A stretch of DNA of 63,747 nucleotides, the filler included, from Folioceros fuciformis (Eukaryota), in the NCBI GenBank assembly GCA_049999805.1. It is 6 parts of 6 records of this genome, joined end to end, with 100 filler letters (N's around TTAATTAATTAA, not from the genome) between each part and the next. Parts side by side here need not be neighbours in the genome. Positions count along the whole stretch, not along the records: positions 48,897 to 58,980 come from JBNGIO010005795.1; positions 59,081 to 62,139 come from JBNGIO010005811.1; 4 more parts are not named here. The stretch is one strand, 5' to 3'. This document shows positions 52,101-62,239 of this stretch, piece after piece. A program made the translations under genes and the position numbers. How positions within the stretch are numbered: the first letter of the stretch is position 1; each line of letters begins with the position of its first letter. The notes beneath the pieces are model-generated. The model was given only the letters and a program-made list of their open reading frames with translations, made no database searches and was not told the origin of the DNA.

Positions 52101-53395
52101 GAGCATGCGACTTCAATAGTCTGCTAAGTGACATCAAATTCTTCGCCATCCCCGGGATGTACAATACCCTGTCAAGGGTAAGCTCTGTGTTGTCCGACAG
52201 GATAAAGGTACACATCCCATGCCCTCTGATCTGCAATCCAGTCTCAGCCCTCTCATCTCCCAACAACACTTTCTCAGATACCCTGAGCAGATGCAGATGT
52301 GAAAACTGGTCCTTGTCCATACAAATATGTGTAGTTGTTCCAGAGTCTAGATACCAACTGGTACTATCCCTCGTGGAGCTAGACTGCCTAGGCAAACAGT
52401 ATAAATCTTCATAGTAGATTTATCATGGTCACCTCCAGACTTGCCTTTCATTGCCATGCTGGAAGTAGGTTTGGGTTGGCGCTGCGGCTCGCCTGCCTTC
52501 TTCTTGCAGCAGTCATGGGCCCAGTGCCCAGCTATCCCACACCAATTACAATTCCCTGTCCTTTTAGTGGAAGAAGATCCAAAGTCGTTATCACGCTGAC
52601 CGGACCCTTGAGTCTTCCCTTTAATTTTGTTCAGCTTGAACTTCACAGCCAAAACCCTTTCACTCTTGTGTTTATGTCCACCTGACATAAGCTGCCAACT
52701 TTGCTCCTCCTGGTACAATGTGCCAATAGCATCCTCCAATGTTCGGGTGTTGGATGTTGTCGCAGCACCAGGTCCTCGCGTAAATGTCTGAACTTGCTTG
52801 TAAAAACTGCAACGTTATCAAACTCCTTCATCTTAAGTGTGAACAGCTCCTGTCTAGCAGCACAAAGGGCCATCTGATTACGCACTCGGTATGTTTTCTC
52901 AAGCTACGCCCAGATCTCATGAGCCTTGAGCAAATATTCTACATTTGGAATTAAAACAACATCCAAACCACTTATGATTAGCGCTACAGCAAGTTCGTTG
53001 GCTGAAGTCCATTCGTATAGGAGGGTTTGTTGAGCAGCTGAAAGTGTAGTTCCTAGGGCTACTGCGGCTGGCTCCTTGCAAGTCCCATTGACCACAGTCC
53101 ACACTTTCCTAGTGACAAGAACAACCCTCATCGGAACACGCCAAATGTGATATTGGTTACCATTAAATCTATCCTTTTCTTTTAATTCAGATATTGAAGA
53201 GGAGGTAGATGAGATAGACATGTTTACGTGAGTGTTGGAATTTGTGCTATGTGATGATGGTTGTGCTTGCTGTTGTGCTTTTCTTTTATTTGTCTTAGGT
53301 GTGCTCATGTGTACTCCCAGAAGAGGATCGTCATCTGACGAGCCTGAATCCTCTTCGTGCTCAAAATCAAAATCCCTACCTCCAAAAAATGACAT
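49182..53395 (-). pseudogene. Degenerate full-length Ty1/copia gag-pol
   Basis: Gag (RFNGNQYHIWR), CNWCGIAGHWAHDC, WYLDSGTTTH, WHARLGH, QNGVVERKN, SCKWVFK, HVDDVI, GFTDADWASD, NVADILTK; many frameshifts and stops. Confidence 0.93.
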
Positions 53396-54849
53396 ACAAT
53401 GGCTCTCCCACTAGACTGTCTAGGTGAAGAAGCAGCAAAAAAAAAATATGTACCTTTTTTTTTAACAGGATAAATTCAAAAAATATTTTTTTTCTTTTTT
53501 TTGGGAGAAAAATAGGTTACTGATTTATTGATTTGCTGTGCAGGAGGCTATGGTGGAGTCATCAGTTTGGAGGAGGGTAGATTGCTATCTGCCCGACCTC
53601 ATACTAATAGCTACTACATTGCTTCTTGGCATACATAAAATTAGGGAGCAACGGAAAACTGTGACAAGAGAGAAAAAAAAAAAAAAAAAAAAGCAAGCAA
53701 GCAAGTTGTGCATCACGTGAAACAACAAGAGGAAACACCTCCTCATGAAACACAGTGCTCACTCATGCAGCGAAAAAGGCTGACAGCACAAGAAGAAAAC
53801 TTGCCTGGTATCAATCCTTTCCAACAGCTTGCATGAATTGAGAAAAGTAGAAACACAATGAAAACTTAGCGCCGCTCCAAGAGATCATATAGCATCGGAG
53901 CGGCCAAGGTTTGTGCCGGGGAGGACCCAAGCAATGCTTGTCACAAGGGATCAATCAGCAGCGTGCCTTCCTTGCAAGAGTCTGCCTGAAAAAAAACACC
54001 TGTATGGCAAAAAACGAGCACACTACCACCTATGATCCACACACACTGCACCCGCACCAGATCCATAAACCTAACTGTCACATGCCGAGTCCGAAAAATG
54101 CACGCACCGCACCAGATCCCAGTAGCGTGCCCCTCCTTCTAACTGTCACGGGAGCATCCCGCCAGAGGCTGATGCCAAGGCCAGATCAAACACGCCAGTT
54201 CAAATCTCAGCCTCCCCCTGCAGCGGAAGCAAAAAAGCTACGGGGATGAGGCACCACCATCTCTAGTGGTGCCCAGCATCAAATCTCCAAGTAAAAAACG
54301 CAGTGCCTGGCTGATCCGAGCTCCTGCCTATGTTGCACCCGACTCGGCAGCCACCTGGTCCTTCACCTTTTGGCCGGGGCTCAATCCCACCGAGCACGGC
54401 AATCTGCAAGAAAAGCATGCTCTTGCGCCGCTCACCTGATCACTTCCTGCACCTCCATCACCCGGAGCCACCGTTCAAAGAAGGGGCTGTGTGGATGGCA
54501 GGCTGTACAAGCAGCACGGGCCGGGGTAGGGTAGAGATCCTCTCAGGAGCCGCATCTCTGTGACAAAAATAAGTATCTCTAGGGATAAATGCTTTCCAAG
54601 TAGCCTAGTGTGGTCTAGTGGTCTCAGAGTCGCGTGTTCCATAGGAGGTTGCGGGATCGAATCTTGCTGTGTGCTTGCCTCCACTCTGCATGTATCTTAT
54701 GCGGCCAACAAGATCTTCAACCTCGTAATCAGGATCGCATTCTCAAATCAGATCTAGCTTCTTATCGAAAAAGATCGGATCCAGCTTTTTATCGAAAACG
54801 TTGTTATGGGATCCGGGAGAAAAACGCCCACGGGAGCGATTTCCCCTTC

Positions 54850-55057
54850 CATCCCGTCTTCAGATGTAATCCCGCCTAGGCATTTGCTAAAATCTTATGT
54901 GGCTGGTGCATGGCTCTGATACCATGTGAACGGTGTGCAAGATGTGGAGGTTGCATCCCGTCTTCAGATGTAATCGTGCCTAGTCATTTGCTAAAATCTT
55001 GTGTGGCCAGTGCATGGCTCTGATACCATGTGAACAGTGTGCAAGATGTGGAGGTTG
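54850..55057 (-). repeat. 104-bp tandem duplication containing two PBS/LTR junctions
   Basis: GCTCTGATACCA (reverse complement of PBS) at 54913-54924 and 55017-55028, each followed by TGTGAAC. Confidence 0.9.
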
Positions 55058-55210
55058 TGCAAGCGGTTGTTGCCAAAACTAAATGAACAATACAATAATA
55101 CAAAATGTTTACAAAAATGTGTTTATATACTCATGACCTAGAGTCATGTTATTTCACTTCGACTAAACATATTTAATCTAAATTAAATATATATAACCCT
55201 AAGTGTGACA
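55029..55210 (-). mobile_element. 5' LTR (~182 bp) of the copia element at 49182-53395
   Basis: Minus strand TGTCAC...TTCACA abutting the PBS; AT-rich TATA-like interior. Confidence 0.7.
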
Positions 55211-55217
55211 GAGCTTG

Positions 55218-57060
55218 TTATCTTAACATTCTATTTTGAACTACACTTTGAAGAAGAGATCCTGAGCCTATGAATGCATCAACCACCCAGTTGCCCTTTG
55301 AAGAAAACATGTTAACTAGCATACTCATCAACCCCAATAGGTTATGATGCGAAGAGACAACGTGAGCATCTACAAAGTGAAATAAGTGCTTCTTCACCAC
55401 TACTCAATGTCTAATAACCCATGGTAGAAGACATCCTTGATTCGCGAATAGAGGAGCCTTGGACTCATGTGCCTCGGTCTGCACAGCATTGCCCACAGAT
55501 AAATATTCAACTGTCTCAACTACCCTTGTGTTTGGGGGTATATTTGTCTTCTCCCATACCAACGTCTAGATACTTCCCTTCTTGCACCATGGATTTAGTG
55601 CCTCACTTGCTTGTGTAATAAGATCTACTTTATGCATGAGAACATTGCAAACATTGCTTGAGGTGCATCCATTAAATCCATAAATCATTTCATCCATCTT
55701 TGCGCTAGTCATTTGCTCGTCATACTCATGTTGCCGTAGGCCATGGAGCAAGTCCGTAAATGGTATATGGTTGTCTAACCAGAAATGCCTTCATTTCCAT
55801 AACATTCCGATGAATAATTAGATATTTTATCTTCGTGTTACTTCCTGAGACTATGAGGTCAGATAAGCATGCATCCATATCTGCATTGGCAAGTTTTGTG
55901 CTTTTCTTCCTCCATTCTCTTCCAATTCTTCGCCGAATATACAAAATCTTAGAAGGGTTTTGGCAAGGACTCCAAGTCTGTAATATTTGTTGGTTTTTGC
56001 ACTCATAAATGATTCTTTCATACTATCTCTAAGCAAACACGACAATTTATTAGCAATCACACAATATGGCCGGCCAGCGCTAGAGTGCCTCAATAGACCA
56101 GCGCACTCTGGCCGGCCAGCTCTTGAGTGAGCCAGTAGATCGGCACACTTGGGCTGGCCAGCACTTGAGCGAGGCAGTCAATTGGCGCACTCCAATAAAC
56201 CAATACACAAGATAAAGCTTACCACTCTGGTGAATGTTCGTTGAAACTTGAGCAGATGTCCATCCTCAATATATTTGGGAAACATTTCTTCAGCCTCTTC
56301 AGGTGTCAAGCACTTCATTGCGATACTGAATGCATGCTAGATTAAATTGATCTTTGTTTTTCTTGCCTACCTCAGTGTCCATATCCTTCAAATGGAGTTT
56401 CCCCTATATTCCTATCTACAATTAACATCTCCTCCCCCTTCACACCACATGAAACTCCTTGAAAGGATCTCCAAGGCCTTCCTTGCATTGCTACAGCCTT
56501 CTTATTGCTATCTTCTGATACCTGCATGCTGTAACTTGGATTTGCAATGTAACTTATCTTTCTCTTTGCCTTGGCTCTTTTTTTGGTGCCTGCGCTAGCC
56601 ATGTTGACCTCTTCCGGCAATTTGCACTTCTCTCACATCTTGAAAATCCTATTTGCATTGTCCCACAGCACTCCATTGCACCTCGCCACTATGTAAGGTA
56701 GTGAATGCCTGTTAATCATTTTCTGTTTCCATTCTATGTCATGTGGATCTTCGCCTTCGTCAGTCATTCCTAGCAACCCGTAAAGGTTGAACTTCCACTT
56801 CATAGGTGGCTTCTCATCAAGAGAATGGGTTCAGGAAAAGATCTTGAACTCATCATGAATATACTTGACCTGCTCAATGAAACCCATTCTTTTTCTCTTG
56901 TCCGCATACACATTGTGGTCCACTGCCAGAACCCTCATTTTCTCATTTGTAAGGCTAGCATTAACATGGCCCTCAATCCATTCGTATTTGTCTTTGATTG
57001 GAAACATCTGGTGTAGTTTTGCATGGTTGCAAAACAATGGTTCCCTCCCAACACACCCTT
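55218..57060 (-). pseudogene. Disrupted ParB-like domain plus beta-class DNA amino-methyltransferase (N6_N4_Mtase-like) gene
   Basis: Across frames: VLGGNH (GGNH at 57048-57037), LTNEKMRVLAVDHN; then LIIHRN, FTDLLHG (motif IV-like, 55760-55740), TLVWEKTN, ETVEYLSVG, LMSMLVNMFSSKGNWVVDAFIGSGS (motif I, 55280-55260). Confidence 0.75.
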
Positions 57061-57192
57061 GTGATATTGTTGGGTTGTAATACTATCTTAGGAGACGTCC
57101 TCCTTCTTAGCTGCCTACTTAGGTGTGGAGTGAAATCTTGTGTCCAGAGACACCGTGAGGTTCACATTCACCCTCTATGTCGTTGTAGTCGT

Positions 57193-57657
57193 GCCAATCC
57201 TTCAGTTCCTCTTCTGTTGTCAGCAAAACTTGCTCAATCATTCCCCTCATCACCAGCCGCCGAGCAAAGCTCTCGACCACTCCTAGGAGCTTCTTGCACA
57301 CACTACCCACCCAAACCAGACATCTCCAATCCAGCCACAAGGAGTGCAGGGATCTCAACCGGGAAGATGTCAGACACTCCAAATTTCGGAACACATCTGG
57401 CAGTTCAGGGAATGAGGGAGGGAGGAGCTTTTGGATGTCACAGCAGACGTTATGAGCAAGCTCCAGACCCACCCTACGCCAATCCTTCAGCTCCTCTTCC
57501 GTTGTCAGCAAAACTTGCTCAATCATTCCCCTCACCACCAGCCGTGGAGCAAAGCTCTCGACCACCCCTAGGAGCTTCTTGCACACACTACCCACTCAGA
57601 CCATACGTCTCCAATCCAGCCACAGGTAGTGCCGGGATCTCAGCCGGGAAGTTGTCT
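57193..57657. repeat. Diverged ~180-bp direct repeat (period ~285 bp), probably retroelement-derived
   Basis: GCCAATCCTTCAG...GTCAGCAAAACTTGCTCAATCATTCCCCTCA...TCTCCAATCCAGCCACA at 57193 and 57478. Confidence 0.85.
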
Positions 57658-57796
57658 AATTAGAGAGGCACCAACAAGCTTCTTCATACGAAGTTTGCAG
57701 AGCGGGTGTCACAGCCCACCATAAAGTCCAGATCTTAAAACAATCAACTTGAAAGGTGCCCTTAACTATGGGCGGCATCAAGTCTCAAGACAGCAT

Positions 57797-58180
57797 CTAG
57801 TCAAATCTTATTTGAATTCTATTTTTAAGATGCAATAACTCCTGGCCTACCTTAGCGCCGTGCCATCCTCCTATCCGTCCTTCTAGCCCTGCTTCCTCTG
57901 CCATCAAATCCCCAAGCTGCTGATCAGGCAAATCTTCTAGTAAATTTTTTTCATCACTCCCTCTGCTTGCTGACCTCTCCTGGCTGGGCAAGGGTGGGGC
58001 CCGCCTTGGGGTCCCCTCCTCCTCTACTAACCACCTATTCCTAAGGACCAGCACAAGTTCTTCCTTCACCCAAGCATGTGCCTCCTCTTCCGTAAGCTCC
58101 TTCAGGACTGCCCCCGTATAACAAGGGGTTAGTCCCCATACCCGCACACAATGGATGAAGCATCCATTCCTGGTCCTCAC
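57797..58180 (-). pseudogene. Fragment of the accessory ORF C-terminal domain
   Basis: RTRNG...VWGLTPCYTGAVLKELTEEEAHAWV...LRN...EDLPD aligns with RTRLG...VTGLPHCYAEAVLEEQTEEEAQRWV...LSN...EDLPN at 18706-19104. Confidence 0.7.
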
Positions 58181-58325
58181 TTGCAGACGATAGGCCCTGG
58201 TCTCTCCCCCTCCTCTCGTGGGTTACTGTGGAGTGATTTCTTGCACACCCAAGAACCACCAAGGGGCCACACTTCCCCTTATTATCGCTGCAGTCTTATG
58301 ATTCGCTCCCAAGGGACTGAACTAA

Positions 58326-58429
58326 TGTCAAGGTTACCTACATCTCCCTAATCTCACCCTATCTATTAGCATATACCTAGTGCTACCGCAATAAGTCAGA
58401 ATTCTCGGTCTTGTCTTCGGCTCCTACCA
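58326..58429 (+). mobile_element. Start of TGTCAAGG-type LTR, interrupted at 58430
   Basis: Inverted homolog of ~5920-6024. Confidence 0.7.
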
Positions 58430-58980
58430 TGTGAACCTCCAAAGTTTGGGGTAGTAGTTTGTTTTGGTTGAAAAAGGGTTAACCCAGGCCATAGGGTTGG
58501 GTGATTAGTTTAATATTAATTAAAGATATATAATATTAAACGATTAAATAATAATATAATAATATTAAATAATAAAAATAATATAATAATGAGTATTTTA
58601 TATGGTTTAGATACGTATTTAATACATACTAATACATATACCGCATACGTATCCCCGTATTTCTTTTTTTATTTTCCTAATTTCCCCTTTTCTATTTTCA
58701 TCCCTATTTTTCTGGATTTAATTCCAGAAATTCCAATTCAACTCACCTGCTTTCTTCTCCTCCTAGTTCGGGGCCTCCCCCAGCACCCCAAGGTCAGTCT
58801 TCTATGGCTGAGGAACCATTTCGGCTGGAAGCTGATTCCGCTGAATAAGCTACCGTTTTCAGGCCAGGTTCCGGCTGCTGATCCCACTCCTTCCCACCTC
58901 CTCTCTATCTTTCCCACTTCTCATACTCCTCCCCTGGAGGCTGGCTCAGCCACCAAGGGTGAACAGTTGCAGGGGAAGAC
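58430..58980 (+). mobile_element. TGTGAACC-type gypsy LTR, same family as 541-934
   Basis: TGTGAACCTCCAAA...GGGGTAGTAG...CCATAGGGTTGG...GTGATTAGTTTAATATTAATTAAAGATATATAATATT matches the reverse complement of ~600-934 with deletions. Confidence 0.8.
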
Positions 58981-59080
58981 NNNNNNNNNNNNNNNNNNNN
59001 NNNNNNNNNNNNNNNNNNNNNNNNTTAATTAATTAANNNNNNNNNNNNNNNNNNNNNNNNNNNNNNNNNNNNNNNNNNNN
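58981..59080. other. Artificial contig spacer
   Basis: N44-TTAATTAATTAA-N44. Confidence 0.95.
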
Positions 59081-61700
59081 ACTACCTGGAATTCGTGTGC
59101 CAGCTGTCGGACTCTGCGTCGCTGCCTACCAAGCTCTCAGCAGCCAGTCAGGAGGCAGGATGGCCAGGCCAGTGGCCAGCTTGCTGACTAGCCAGGCCGC
59201 CGCAAGCCAGCCTACTCTGCCCGCCTGGCAGCTGCGATTGCCAGCTTGCCCTGTAGCCGCTATCTGATCAGCCTTCCTACTAGCTTACCCCGATCGAGTT
59301 GGCCTGCTGTCTGGGTTCGATTCGCTTGCACCAGCCTGGATGCGCGACCTCCTGCTTGCCTGGATCTAGCCGTCCCCCGCCTTGATCCACCACCCCCCTG
59401 ATCTAGCCGTCTATCCACCGTCGCCTCCCTAGATCCAGTACACCTGCGGCCTGGAGTCTGGCTGCCTGGCCATGCTTCAGCTAGCGCTCCAGCAGCCTGT
59501 TTACTTGCCTGCGTCCCTGACTCCTTGCAGAATTCCAGCAAGTTGGCCTGCCTCCGACCAGCGCCCGCCTTAGCCAACCGCCGAATCCACCTCCCGCTGC
59601 CAGCTTAGGTTCGGTCCACCTCCAGCCCGCCCAGTCCGCTCCAGCCCATCCACAACTAGCCGATGGCTGCGCCTACCTGCGGCCTGGATCATGCCGAGGC
59701 CTGCCTGGCCTAGATTTCCCTCCTAACCAAGTTCCCCCCGGCCAATCAGCCACCTGCCATGCCGCCTGCGAGGCTTGGCTGCTCCTCAGCAGCTGGCCGC
59801 TGCCGGCTCGACCACCTGCCATGCCTGTCTCGTCCAAGCACTCAACTTGCTGGCCCGCCTACCTAGCTCCAGAATCGGCCAGCTAGCCAGCCCCACCGCC
59901 TAGCTCAAATCTGCCTCTGCCGATCAGTCCAGTTGCTGGCAGACCTGGATCGCCTGACTTCAGCTGCCTGCCATCCCGTCAGACCAACCCAAATCTAACT
60001 TTGCCGTTTTACCACCCCGTCTGAATCCTGCCTCACCGCCGTTCGACTTCCTCCGATCACAACCAGCCTAGCCTGAAGCATTGGCTAGCCTGCCCCGCTT
60101 TAGCCAGGTTGCCGATGGGCCAGGGTCTAGCCAGTCGGCCTGGCTACCCGATTCTACCTCACCAGCCACAAGCAGCTGGGCTGCTACTGGCCTACGGTTC
60201 TGGCAGCTAGCCCATTGAATTCTCCAGCCACCGGCCCCGCCAGCCACTGCCGGCTGTCTACCTGCAGGGTCACTTGTCATCAGCTGGCACGTTGGCTGCC
60301 TGATGCCTGGTTGCAGCCCGGTTGACCCCCTGTGTCACTTCGATCATGGGGCAGCCAGGCCGCTAGCTAGCCACAGCCCAGCCAGCCGACCAAACTGCTA
60401 GACCCCCCGTGGCTCGCTTGATCTAGTGCCGGGTTACCTGCCTGGACTCCAGCCAGCTTGCTAGCCCCGCCGACCTGCTGCTGATCAGTCTAGGTGCCTG
60501 CAAGCCGGCTTGCCTTGCATCCTGATTCTGGACTGCCACAGCCCCGGAGCTGATCCTGACGCACCGGTCCTGCAACCAACCTCATCCACGCCGGCCACGC
60601 CTCGGTGCTGCCTCTAGCCTGGCCTGCTTCTAGCTCCGACCTCGTTGCTCTGCTCCCAACTGTGACCAGCCAAGCCGCCCGATCAGCCCGTCCTAGCTTG
60701 GCGTTGGCGGCCGCATCCATTTGTCACCTGGCCCGCCAGCCAACCAACCAGCCTTCCGGATCGACCAGCCGATCCACCTCCAGGGTGCCTAGCTGCTGGC
60801 GGCCCAGTCTGCTGGCCCTCCACCTGTGGTCATACCCGCCAGGACATCCTTAGTCACCAAGCCCTGCCCGATCGACAGGCCCGAGGCCCTAACCTCTCGA
60901 TCCAGCTAGGCAGCTCACTACCCGGCTTCTGGATCCTACCACGCCACCAGCAGGCCAGCGACTACCTGGTTATGACAGCCAGGTGGCCGTTGCCTAGATT
61001 CTACCCAGCCCGCATGCATCCGTCCCAGGCTCACGGTTGTCGAGACTCCTCAGCGGCCCGTCACCTTTCTTCTGCCTTTTGCCTGGACTTAGCTTGGCTG
61101 CTCTGCCTCTGTGGACTCCCAAGTCATCCAACTTCGGCCAGCCCGGCCGGTCTTGGTCGTCGGGCTGCTGGTCCAAACCCGGCCAGCCAGCCAGGCCCCC
61201 AGCCTCCCTGGCCTGTTCTAAGCTCTAGCTTGGTCTATTGTCAAGCCTGGCTGGATCCACCAACCGGCCTAAAGCCTGGACCTGCAGGATTGCCTCCCAT
61301 CAGCCCGGGTTGGACTGCTGGTTGGGTTCCAGCAACCCCGCCTAGCTGCCTACCTTGCCCCCTCCAGCGCTCCAGCGGCCTACTCGGCTGATTGCCTCGC
61401 AGCTCCGGCCTGGACCCCGGCCTGGGTCTGGCCATGCAGCCTGCCAGCAGCCAGGTCGCCTACATGGCTGCTGCCTACTCCTCCCTCGGCCAACCGGCTG
61501 CCTGGCCGCCCAACTGGATCTACCAACTAGCCTGGCCAGATCAACCAGTCGGTCTCCTATACCTTCTGCCTCAACCGCCACTTCCCGGTCTCGCCCAGGT
61601 CAAGTCAGCCGTCCAGTGTGGCTAGCCGAACAGCCGGCCCATTCCTCATCCAGCTACCCTCAGCCTACTTACCCTTGGCCTAGGAACCAGAGCCCACGTC
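59081..61700. repeat. GC-rich low-complexity tract (GCCAGC/GCCTG/GATCC-rich), likely retroelement non-coding DNA
   Basis: Composition mirrors the reverse complement of 3257-4300; no recognisable protein. Confidence 0.55.
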
Positions 61701-62139
61701 CTATCCACCACACAACCTACCTACCCTATCGACTCACCCTCACTCTAAGCTACTATTCTAACCTAACCTTCCAACCTTTCCTCTACAACACTCACTCACA
61801 AATCCCAAAAAAATGAAAACCTATCATTTCCCAGGCGTCTGTTCAGCATGTGGAGTCCACAACCTTGTGTGTAGGCTGCTGGGTTAGAGGTTTAACCTAG
61901 TGTGCAGATGTGCCTCGGCCTTGATTCCCCATGCCACTAGGGGAACGTGGCGGCTCCCAAAATCGTCGAGATCTAGGTGGCCAGATCCGTAGGGGCTGAC
62001 CTTTCTTGCATGCTGGTTGGGTGGTTGGGGTACCTTGATGTCCCTAAGGGGTTTCTGTGGAGGCAAAACCCCGGGCACTGATTGCCGACGGGTTCCACCT
62101 TTAGTGGCCACACTTATCCCACTGTCGTTGAGACATTGG

Positions 62140-62239
62140 NNNNNNNNNNNNNNNNNNNNNNNNNNNNNNNNNNNNNNNNNNNNTTAATTAATTAANNNNN
62201 NNNNNNNNNNNNNNNNNNNNNNNNNNNNNNNNNNNNNNN
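62140..62239. other. Artificial contig spacer
   Basis: N44-TTAATTAATTAA-N44. Confidence 0.95.
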
